Translations under genes and position numbers: made by a program | The notes under the pieces: model-generated | Databases searched by the model: none | Seen by the model: the letters and a program-made list of their open reading frames with translations, nothing else | Told to the model about the DNA's origin: nothing | Assembly (NCBI GenBank): GCA_963847705.1 | Contig: CAWKBC010000030.1 | Location: 498,691-562,690 of the forward strand | Source: an uncultured Pseudomonadota bacterium | Lineage (GTDB): Bacteria > Myxococcota_A > Polyangia > Fen-1088 | Length of the DNA: 64,000 nt | Direction of reading: 5' to 3' | Part shown: positions 48,819 through 56,987 of the stretch, in pieces | Layout of the letters: each line of letters opens with the position of its first letter | Position numbering within the stretch: the stretch's first letter is position 1

Positions 48819-50345
48819 TCACCGCTGCGTCGTCGCTGGAGGTGGTCCTCCCGCAGCCTGAGCGATCGCGCCGCTCGGGCCGCCCCGGGTGGCGAGCGCC
48901 GCCGTCCCTGAGGGGGCTGCAGGCGTCACGAAGAGATCGGCGAAGTGAACCACGCTCGTGCTGGACTGGGGAGCCAGCTTCTCGGTGATCTCTTCGATCG
49001 ACTGCACCGTGTCGCCGCGAGAGGCGGTGGTTCGGGCAAAGGCCTTGCCCAAGTGAGCGATGTGGTCGGATGATTGTCTCGACTGCGATCCGATCTCGCG
49101 TGCCTTTTTCAGCTCAGCATAGGAAACCGCGTCGCCGGCCATTTCATCGAGGGCCCGCCTGAGCTGAGCCTGGACGTCGGGAAGCAGCGCAGCCCACGGG
49201 TAGTCCTTGAGACCGCGGGACGCTCCGACCCATATCGGTCCCGGTGTGCCGGGATTTGACGGCCCGCCGGTCGCGCCGCTTCCGATCACCAGGAAGGGAT
49301 CGGAGCTGAGGGGAAAGTCCCTCGGGAACAGAGAGAAGAGAAGCATTCCATCCGGTCGCGCCCTGATGTTCGCAACCAGCCCTCCGAACGGAAAGAACAG
49401 CTCCTCCAGCGTCCCCAGCGCCGCGTGGAGTTTCTCCCGCGCCCCATCGAGGGCAACGAGGTCCTCCGGAGGCTCGCGCGGCGACCGCTTGAGGGTGGTC
49501 ATCAGGTCGCGCACCTGGTCGATCCCGATGACGACGTTCAACGCGCTCCCCTGGCTGTAGCCAGCGTGAAAGATTCCCACCAATTCGTATTCGCCGGTGG
49601 CGCGCGACACCGCCAGCACGGGGGAGCCCGAATTGCCCGAGGAGAGCAGGGCGTCGACCACGAAGTCATCGTGGTCCCAGTCGCCGTAGTCGTCGTGATC
49701 GTGCGCGGAAATGACCTTGCCGACGTTCGTCGCGCGGAACGCCCCCAGGGGAAAGCCGCGAACCTCGACCACATTCCGCTCTCGGAGGTCGGCGCTGCGG
49801 CCGACCTTCCAGGGCATGACCTGAAGCGGCGCGTGCGCTCGCAGGATCGCGACGTCCAGCTGCGGGTCCGTGACCACCACCGTCGCCGGCACGTCGTCGC
49901 GCGCGTACTCATCGTGCTCGTTGTCGACCAGCGCCAGGGTCTGCGAGACCAACTTGCAACCGGCCGGAACACCGTCGACCAGGTGACCCGCGTCCGTCAC
50001 GCTCGGCCAGGCCGCCACGTGGTCGTTGGTGAGCAGCAAGGTGTCGTTCGCCTGACGCTGGTAGGCGAAAGCCGTTCCATGCAAGACCGATCTCTGCCTG
50101 CTTCGGCGAATCGCGCCGTCGGCGGCATAGGACAGACACTCGTAAACGGCGGTGTTTCGAGCGCAATAGGAGAAGACCGACTCGGGGTGGTCGTCGTAAT
50201 TCTGTGTCCGGGCCGACAGCGCCGAGAAGTCATCGGCGTAGGCCCCGGTGTAGGCACCAGCCGGGCCGGTCTGCCCGAACGCGGCAGGCGCCGCGAACGT
50301 CAGGACCAAGCAGGCCAAAGTCGTCAATGCCCGACGCTCGGTCAT
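48819..50345 (-). CDS. Secreted trypsin-like (S1) serine protease with C-terminal extension
   Basis: LTNDHV, QLDVAIL and SGNSGSPV triad; signal peptide. Confidence 0.85.
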   Translation of the reverse strand: MTERRALTTLACLVLTFAAPAAFGQTGPAGAYTGAYADDFSALSARTQNYDDHPESVFSYCARNTAVYECLSYAADGAIRRSRQRSVLHGTAFAYQRQANDTLLLTNDHVAAWPSVTDAGHLVDGVPAGCKLVSQTLALVDNEHDEYARDDVPATVVVTDPQLDVAILRAHAPLQVMPWKVGRSADLRERNVVEVRGFPLGAFRATNVGKVISAHDHDDYGDWDHDDFVVDALLSSGNSGSPVLAVSRATGEYELVGIFHAGYSQGSALNVVIGIDQVRDLMTTLKRSPREPPEDLVALDGAREKLHAALGTLEELFFPFGGLVANIRARPDGMLLFSLFPRDFPLSSDPFLVIGSGATGGPSNPGTPGPIWVGASRGLKDYPWAALLPDVQAQLRRALDEMAGDAVSYAELKKAREIGSQSRQSSDHIAHLGKAFARTTASRGDTVQSIEEITEKLAPQSSTSVVHFADLFVTPAAPSGTAALATRGGPSGAIAQAAGGPPPATTQR

Positions 50346-50357
50346 GCTTCCGGAGGG

Positions 50358-50373
50358 TGCATCGGCTGTGCCT
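50358..50373 (-). promoter_or_regulatory. Candidate sigma54 promoter, 12 nt before ATG
   Basis: AGGCACAGCCGATGCA. Confidence 0.6.
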
Positions 50374-50705
50374 GGCTATCCCGTCGCCAGCCGGCGTGCG
50401 GCCACGGGGCGGCCGTCAACGAACTGTACGGTCTACACCCGTGCCGTCAGATCTCTCAGCGGTACTGAAACCACCACGTTCGAGAGCGTTCCCCGTTGTG
50501 AGTGCCGATGAAATGTGACTATGTTCACGACGCCAGAAAAGCCGACGGATTGAGTTGAAGACGATTCCAGATGACCGCGCATTTTTCGTCAGAGCGTGCG
50601 TCGACCGACTGGAGACGCTCGATCCACGAAATCTCTGCAGGAGAGCAGACCAGCCGTTTGGATTCATCGCGGCGACATTCGCCATCCTGAGACGCATTCT
50701 GCTCG

Positions 50706-52628
50706 ATGCCCGAATCTGAACATCCAGAAGTGAGTGCCGCCGAGGGGCGCAAGGGGCCGACACTGTTCGGTCGCTCTCTTCCGCTCGGTGCGGTGCTCGG
50801 GGCCATGACGCCTCCGCTCGATCTCAGGATCCTTGGTCGAATGCTCCTGCACACCGCCCTGGTGGGGCTCGCCGCCGGTTTCATCGGGGCGGCGTTTTTC
50901 GCGTCTCTCGAATACGCACAGAGCTTCTTCATGGAGCACCTGGCCGGCTATACGCCGCTCCGGGCCCACGGCGAGATGATCCTCGGTGAGAGTGGCCCGG
51001 TGGTCCTGCGCCCCCTCGTCGTTCTGATTCTTCCCATGTGCGGCGCGCTCATCGCCGGGCTCCTCTGTCAGCTCGCGCCCGAGACCCGCGGGGGCGGCGG
51101 AGACGCGATCATCCACGCCTTCCACCACCAGGGTGGCGTCGTTCGTCGACGCGTCGTCTGGGTCAAGGCTCTCGCCTCGATCTTCACGCTCGGTACCGGT
51201 GGCTCGGGTGGTCGGGAGGGTCCCACCATGCAGATGGGCGGCGCGCTCGGCTCGGCCATCGGCCTCGGCCTCGGGGTGAGCCCGCGCGAGCGACGAATCC
51301 TCATGGTCGCGGGCGTCGCGGCCGGCATGGCCGCCGTGTTCCGGACTCCACTCGGGGCGGCCCTCCTGGCGGCGGAGATTCTCTACCGCGACGACTTCGA
51401 AGCCGAGGCGCTGATCCCCGCCGTTCTGGCCAGTGTGATCGCCTACTCGGTCGTCATCACGATCTTCGGCGAATCGACGCTGTTTGCGCGCGCCCCACGC
51501 TATCTCTTCGTCCCCAAGCACCTGCCCCTCTACGCGTTGCTCGCGGTTCTCATCGCCGTGGTGGCGTCGATGTTTCTGGCAGCCCTTCGCGGCGTGCAAA
51601 GCCTCTCGGCACGCCTGCCACTTCCCATCTGGGCGCGCCCGGCGGCGGGGGGGCTTGCCCTCAGCGTGTTGGCGGTGCCGCTCATGGTCCTGGTGGGAGG
51701 ACATTTCGGCACGCCGGGGCGTGCGCTCGGCATCCTCGGAGGTGGGTATGGCGCCGCTCAGGTGGCGATCACCGGAGCGGACTGGCTGCCGGCTGGTCTG
51801 AAGGGCGCCGAGTTCCTCCTCTTTCTCTGCGGGGCGAAGCTGCTCGCCACTTCGCTCACCGTCGGGACAGGCGGAAGCGCGGGCGACTTCGGTCCGTCGC
51901 TGGTTCTGGGTGGTCTCCTCGGCGGCGCGTTCGGTCGCGCCGCGGGCGTTCTTCTCCACGACCCCTCCATCGACCCAGGCGCGTTCGCTCTGGTCGGAAT
52001 GGGCACGTTCTACGGCGGGCTCGCCCACGTTCCCGTGAGCTCACTCATCATGGTCTGCGAGCTCGCCGGCAGTTACGACCTGCTGGTCCCGCTGATGCTC
52101 GCAGAGGGGATCGCGTTCGTGGCACTGCGCAATCGGTTCCTCTACGAGGCCCAGGTTCCGACGTACAGCGACTCGCCGATGCACAAGCCCTCCGGATCTC
52201 TGGATGCCCTCGGCCAGTTGCGGGTGTCGGAGCTCCTCCACGTTCGGACGCCGATCCGCACGTTTCGGCTGGCCACGGCGCTCCCCGAGATGCATCGTGC
52301 GCTCGGCGAGACGACCTGGCAGACGACCTTCCCGGTCGTCGACACAGCGAACAAGATCCTGGGCGTCGTGAGCGCCGCCTCGATCGGCCTGATCGCGCCC
52401 CATGACGGTGTTCCGGCCCCGGCCGTCGCTTCGGATCTCATGCAGCCTCCCACGCTCCTTGCCCTCGACGACGATCTGCGAAAGGCGGGCGAGTTGATCC
52501 TGAGCAGCGGCCTCCATCAGCTTCCCGTCCTGACGGCCGAGGCGCAGTTGGCCGGGTTCATCGACGAGTCTCAGGTGACCCGCGCCTACCTCAAGTCGGA
52601 AGTAGAGCCAGACCGTCCGGGAGACTGA
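50706..52628 (+). CDS. ClC chloride channel/transporter with CBS pair
   Basis: GGSGGREGPT, FRTPLGAA, GSAGDFGPSL; C-terminal CBS domains. Confidence 0.92.
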   Translation: MPESEHPEVSAAEGRKGPTLFGRSLPLGAVLGAMTPPLDLRILGRMLLHTALVGLAAGFIGAAFFASLEYAQSFFMEHLAGYTPLRAHGEMILGESGPVVLRPLVVLILPMCGALIAGLLCQLAPETRGGGGDAIIHAFHHQGGVVRRRVVWVKALASIFTLGTGGSGGREGPTMQMGGALGSAIGLGLGVSPRERRILMVAGVAAGMAAVFRTPLGAALLAAEILYRDDFEAEALIPAVLASVIAYSVVITIFGESTLFARAPRYLFVPKHLPLYALLAVLIAVVASMFLAALRGVQSLSARLPLPIWARPAAGGLALSVLAVPLMVLVGGHFGTPGRALGILGGGYGAAQVAITGADWLPAGLKGAEFLLFLCGAKLLATSLTVGTGGSAGDFGPSLVLGGLLGGAFGRAAGVLLHDPSIDPGAFALVGMGTFYGGLAHVPVSSLIMVCELAGSYDLLVPLMLAEGIAFVALRNRFLYEAQVPTYSDSPMHKPSGSLDALGQLRVSELLHVRTPIRTFRLATALPEMHRALGETTWQTTFPVVDTANKILGVVSAASIGLIAPHDGVPAPAVASDLMQPPTLLALDDDLRKAGELILSSGLHQLPVLTAEAQLAGFIDESQVTRAYLKSEVEPDRPGD

Positions 52629-53506
52629 AGCGCTGACGTCGCCGGGTTGTGGAGCTCGGGACGTGTCGGGTCCGCTGGAAAGGATCGGACGTGCAGGTCG
52701 CGTTGCGGGAACGGAATGTCTATCCTCTCAGCACGAAAGCGCCGCTCGATGTCGAATCGGAGGTCGGACGAGACGCGGCGGTCCTCCCTGGGATCCGAGA
52801 TCCAGACGAGGAGCGAGAAGTCGAGGCTGGAGTCGCCGAACTGCTCGAACCTCACCTCGGGTGGCGGCTCGGACAGCACTTGCGGATGTCCGAGCGGCAC
52901 AGCCAGCAGGGTCTTGCGGACGAGATCGGTGTCGGTGCCGTAAGCGACACCGACCGAAACGGCGAAGCGTAGGTTGGGGGTGGGGATGCTGTGGTTGATC
53001 ACCTGGGTATTCACCAGCTCGCTGTTCGGCACGATGATCGTGACCTGATCGCGGGTGATGACCCGGGTGGCTCGCAAGCCGATGTTGTCGACGATCCCGT
53101 AGGCGTCCCCGACCTTGATGAAGTCGCCCGGACGTACCGGTTGCTCGAAAAGGACGATCAGCCCGGACACGAAGTTTTGGGCAATGTTCTGAAGGCCAAA
53201 GCCGATCCCCACCAGCAGCACTGTCGAGGCTGCCAGCACCGCCGACAGATTCAGTCCAACGGAGTCGACGGCGACGACAATGCCGACGAGGTTCAAGAGG
53301 TACCGCGCGATCTTGACGATCGCGAACTGCGATCCGGGCGACATCCCGCGGCGCCCCAGCACCCGGCGGAGGCCCCGGGCCGCCATCGCGGAAAACAGGA
53401 CGGTGCTGAGACCAATCACCGCGCCGACGAGAAGGGCACCCGGCGTGATGACCCCAGCCGCCAGACGGATCAGCGGATGATGGAGAAAAGACTCCGTCTC
53501 ATGCAT
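52586..53506 (-). CDS. mscS: Small-conductance mechanosensitive channel
   Basis: GIGFGLQNIAQNFVSG, IIVPNSEL, FGDSSLDF, IPFPQRDLH. Confidence 0.92.
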   Translation of the reverse strand: MHETESFLHHPLIRLAAGVITPGALLVGAVIGLSTVLFSAMAARGLRRVLGRRGMSPGSQFAIVKIARYLLNLVGIVVAVDSVGLNLSAVLAASTVLLVGIGFGLQNIAQNFVSGLIVLFEQPVRPGDFIKVGDAYGIVDNIGLRATRVITRDQVTIIVPNSELVNTQVINHSIPTPNLRFAVSVGVAYGTDTDLVRKTLLAVPLGHPQVLSEPPPEVRFEQFGDSSLDFSLLVWISDPREDRRVSSDLRFDIERRFRAERIDIPFPQRDLHVRSFPADPTRPELHNPATSALQSPGRSGSTSDLR

Positions 53507-53618
53507 GGCTGCGGCTCCGGTCGATCAATTGCGCGTCCGTCTTTGCGAAACCCAGCAAAGATGCCTTCGGGCCCACAAAGCCTCGCGGAGTGTCTTGGAG
53601 CCCGCATCGACTTCATGC

Positions 53619-53870
53619 TCAGTGAACCTCGACGAAGGTCCAAAACTGACTGCGCAAGGCCTGCAACCGCTCGAAGGACTCATGGGCGCTGATCGACACC
53701 AGATATTGGACCTTCGAGAGCAAGGTCGCCTGCTCGCGGCTCATGAGGAGCTCGGTCGAGGGCTGCACGACTGGCCGCGCGCGTTCGCCCTCCCACATGA
53801 CGTGGCCGACGACGATGAAGTCGCCGACGTCCTTCTGGCGGGGATGAAAGCGCGCCTCCAACATCCGCAC
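53619..53870 (-). CDS. Small unknown protein, paralog A
   Basis: Aligns end to end with 60400-60678; GTG start 12 nt after a sigma54 motif (alternative ATGs at 53864 and 53894). Confidence 0.7.
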   Translation of the reverse strand: MRMLEARFHPRQKDVGDFIVVGHVMWEGERARPVVQPSTELLMSREQATLLSKVQYLVSISAHESFERLQALRSQFWTFVEVH

Positions 53871-53882
53871 GACCGTCGGAAC

Positions 53883-53898
53883 AGCAAGAGTCATGCCC
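53883..53898 (-). promoter_or_regulatory. Candidate sigma54 promoter
   Basis: GGGCATGACTCTTGCT. Confidence 0.6.
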
Positions 53899-54145
53899 CA
53901 CCATCATCGGCATGGGTTGAAATCCTTGTCTGCGAGGACGTCGGGCGTCTCCGCCGCCACGACATGCGGCTCACGGCGCAGGGCAGGAGCCATTCTTCAG
54001 CGTGCGGGTACGCCCGCGGGGGACGGGGCGACGAACCGAGACCGCCTTCGACTCGAGGTGGCTTGGGCGCCGTCCGCGCTCCAAGCGGTGGCGCTCAGGG
54101 CCAGACTCGCGTCGATCACCAGCGCGGCCGCCGGGCGAGCTCGGG

Positions 54146-54919
54146 TCATTGAACCTGGAAGGGAATCTTGATCTCCGCCAGCTGTTCGCCATGTTGTTCG
54201 TCGTCGATATCGGCACGAAAGGTCAGTCGGCGTTCGCGTTTGGTCGCATCTTCGAAGTAGAGAAAGCCGGAGATCTCGCCGCCATCCGCGAGGACGCCTT
54301 CGGGGAGCCCCATGCGCCGCATGGCGCGAGTCGGAAGACCGTTCCCCCAGCGCCGGTACTGCTGGTTGGAGAACGCTTCGTCACGCTCCAGCGGGTGAGG
54401 CCACGCGGCCAGTGTGGGGTAGATGTCGTGGTATCGGGGCGCCACGAAGAAGTTCGAGGCGGCGTAGATAGGCTCGATCGTGCCAACCCCTTCGACGGGT
54501 GGCTGGTGATCCAATGGCACGATCGGGATGGCCCGATAGACGTGTCCGTGCCCCCCGACCAGGGTGAACTGCTGGTACTCGATACGCGCAGGGAGGCCGC
54601 TGTGGTTGACGATTCGAACCTTCACTGGCGTCAAGCGGGCGGAGAGATCCGCAGGGGCGGCGTTCCAGTCGTCCCCGTCGGCGGAGATCCTGACCCCTTG
54701 ACCCTCGGCGGCCGCGGCTTCAGGAGCACCAGGAATTGTGTGCGCGGAGGCCGCGGGCAACATTCGTCCCTGTGCGCACGAGGCAGCCGACAGACTGAGA
54801 ACTGACAAGAAGACGAACGCCCGGCCGCCGATCGTCTGGTTGCTACCCGGCGTTTCGAACGAGCAGGAACGGCAACTGCCCAGGAAACCGCGATCTCGCT
54901 TCGTCGGTGGCAGACGCAT
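54146..54919 (-). CDS. Hypothetical lipoprotein
   Basis: AASC lipobox; LPEGVL..GGEISGFLYF. Confidence 0.7.
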   Translation of the reverse strand: MRLPPTKRDRGFLGSCRSCSFETPGSNQTIGGRAFVFLSVLSLSAASCAQGRMLPAASAHTIPGAPEAAAAEGQGVRISADGDDWNAAPADLSARLTPVKVRIVNHSGLPARIEYQQFTLVGGHGHVYRAIPIVPLDHQPPVEGVGTIEPIYAASNFFVAPRYHDIYPTLAAWPHPLERDEAFSNQQYRRWGNGLPTRAMRRMGLPEGVLADGGEISGFLYFEDATKRERRLTFRADIDDEQHGEQLAEIKIPFQVQ

Positions 54920-54931
54920 GTCCGGGGCACG

Positions 54932-54947
54932 AGCAAACGGCGATCCA
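54932..54947 (-). promoter_or_regulatory. Candidate sigma54 promoter, 12 nt before ATG
   Basis: TGGATCGCCGTTTGCT. Confidence 0.65.
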
Positions 54948-55423
54948 ACCCACGGGGACGGTCCCTCTTCCCTTGCATCCTCGTCATCGAGCCCGAGGTC
55001 GTCGCCAACATGGCGCTACCTCGAGCATGGGTCGTACCCGGCGAAGCGACGGGCAGTCGCGGCGTCCGGGAGACGACCGTCAGGAACGTGCTCGGTCCGC
55101 GCCATCGCCGCTGCGGTTGGAAGTGACGACGGGGCTGGGACTCGGACTCTTTTTTTTGAGACCCGGAAACCTCGCGGGCGGCAGGGAAGCGTCAGTGTGA
55201 GTCCCGAACAAGAGCCAAGCAAAACCGAGAAGAATCGAACCGCGTTCCGCCCAGCGCCAGAAGACCCCGGTCACATCACTTCTCACGCGCGCCAAGCGCT
55301 TGAGCAGCCTTCGTCTGCGAGCTCGCCCCATCGTCGTGTCCCGGCTCAATCTTCTGCACAACACATTCCAAAGCCGGAGGGCGATTCGGTGGCGTCCGGG
55401 CCCCGATGGCACGCGGGCCGGCG

Positions 55424-55714
55424 ATGACAAATCAGTCGCCTGCCGCCATTTCGTTCAAAGGTGTAACGGCAGAGGAGGCGGCGGTGATCGAGACGACCAA
55501 AGCGATCGTTCACGGTGCACCGATGCCCGCGGTGGGCTGGAGCAGCCGGCCGGCCACAGGTCGCTCATTTTTCACGATGATGGTTCTGGTCGTGGTGGCG
55601 ACCGGCCTGGCGTTGTTCCTGGCCCTGCGCCCCTCGACCGAACGGGGGCATCGCGAATCACGCGCAGGACCAGGGTGCGCGCCGAAGTCGGGCATGCTAA
55701 CGGTAGATTTGTAG
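55424..55714 (+). CDS. Possible small membrane protein
   Basis: One TM helix; ends 4 nt before the cyclase ATG. Confidence 0.4.
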   Translation: MTNQSPAAISFKGVTAEEAAVIETTKAIVHGAPMPAVGWSSRPATGRSFFTMMVLVVVATGLALFLALRPSTERGHRESRAGPGCAPKSGMLTVDL

Positions 55715-55718
55715 CTCC

Positions 55719-56963
55719 ATGCATCGAGTTGCCCTCTCCCTTCTGACGCACGGGCTGCGCTGGCAGGACGCGGTCGATGTGCTGGTGCTCACGGCGCTCT
55801 TCTCATGGGCCTACAGGTGGCTCAGGCACACCATCGCGGTTCAGGTGGCCTTGGGTCTGGTGACCCTCTTGGCTGTGTCATGGACTGCCAGCCACCTCGG
55901 CCTCATTCTCACGTCGTACCTCCTGTCTGCCGTCAGCGCCGTCGCCACCATCGTCGTCGTGGTGGTGTTTCAACACGAGATTCGACGGGGTCTGAGCCGC
56001 GTCAGCCCACTCAGCTGGCTGACGAGATCAACGGTCGGTGACCGCTTCGATGACACCGATGGCGTCGTCGCCAGGGCAGCCTTTGCGCTGGCCGCGCGGC
56101 GAAAGGGTGCCCTCATCGTGTTGCCTCGCCGCGATGCCATCTTCGATCTCGTGACGAAGGGGACGATCCTCGACGCGCGCATCTCGGTCGAGATGATCGA
56201 GGCCATCTTCACGGGGACCTCTCCTCTACACGATGGCGCGGTCGTCATTGCCGCAGACCGGCTGGCACGGGCGGGCGTGGTGTTGCCGCTGGCGACCGGA
56301 ACGGAGGATCCGAGCTTCGGCACGCGGCACCGGGCTGCGATTGGGCTGGCTCAGGCTTCCGACGCGTTGATCGTTTGCGTGAGCGAGGAGCGGGGGACGG
56401 TCCACCTGGCCGTGGGCAATGCGATGAACCTGATCCGGGACCAGGGGCACCTTCGAGACATGCTGGTGAGGTCCCGACCCCCACTCCCGTCGGCGCTTCC
56501 CCGACCTGGGGCCCGGCGTCGGGAGAGCCTGGCCAGCCAGTGGCCGCATCTGGTGATCTTCGGAGGTGTGTTGGCCGCCTGGGCGGCGCTGGCGCTCGAC
56601 CGATCGCACGCGATCACGCGCGTCGTGCCGCTCGAGATTCGGGGTGTGAGCGACGGCCTGGTCTTCGACCCGCCTCGTTACACCAGCGTCGCGGTGGAGT
56701 TGCGGAGCTCGCGGCGCGAGCTGGAGGTGCTGCCACCCGACTCCGTGGGCGCCTTCGTCGACCTGGCCGGCACGAACGTCGGCACGCATACCTATCGAAT
56801 CGTCACCACCGCCCCGGCTGGCATCGAGGTCGTGAGCGAGACGCCCTCCAGCATGGAGCTGGAGATCCGAGCCCGCGTGCCGACCAATCCGTCGTCAGGC
56901 CGTCGCGCCTCGGAATCGACGCCCGATGCCCGACCCAAGTCCCCGATCGCCTCGCGTCGCTGA
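55719..56963 (+). CDS. cdaA: Membrane diadenylate cyclase (CdaA) fused to a YbbR-like domain
   Basis: Three N-terminal TM helices, FQHEIRRGL, SPLHDGAV, GTRHRAA, VSEERG; further TM then YbbR-like AFVDL domain. Confidence 0.88.
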   Translation: MHRVALSLLTHGLRWQDAVDVLVLTALFSWAYRWLRHTIAVQVALGLVTLLAVSWTASHLGLILTSYLLSAVSAVATIVVVVVFQHEIRRGLSRVSPLSWLTRSTVGDRFDDTDGVVARAAFALAARRKGALIVLPRRDAIFDLVTKGTILDARISVEMIEAIFTGTSPLHDGAVVIAADRLARAGVVLPLATGTEDPSFGTRHRAAIGLAQASDALIVCVSEERGTVHLAVGNAMNLIRDQGHLRDMLVRSRPPLPSALPRPGARRRESLASQWPHLVIFGGVLAAWAALALDRSHAITRVVPLEIRGVSDGLVFDPPRYTSVAVELRSSRRELEVLPPDSVGAFVDLAGTNVGTHTYRIVTTAPAGIEVVSETPSSMELEIRARVPTNPSSGRRASESTPDARPKSPIASRR

Positions 56964-56987
56964 CCGAACCATCCGCAGGCCAATCCT

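Noticed and set aside
50670-50705. Fluoride riboswitch before the ClC gene (GGCGACATTCGCCA)
   Set aside because: Lacks the GATGG loop and pseudoknot partner; the protein has GREGP rather than the CLC-F GNNLI/GREGT motifs
55130-55160. Intrinsic terminator at the T-run
   Set aside because: No convincing hairpin before the T-run and no gene ending upstream on that strand
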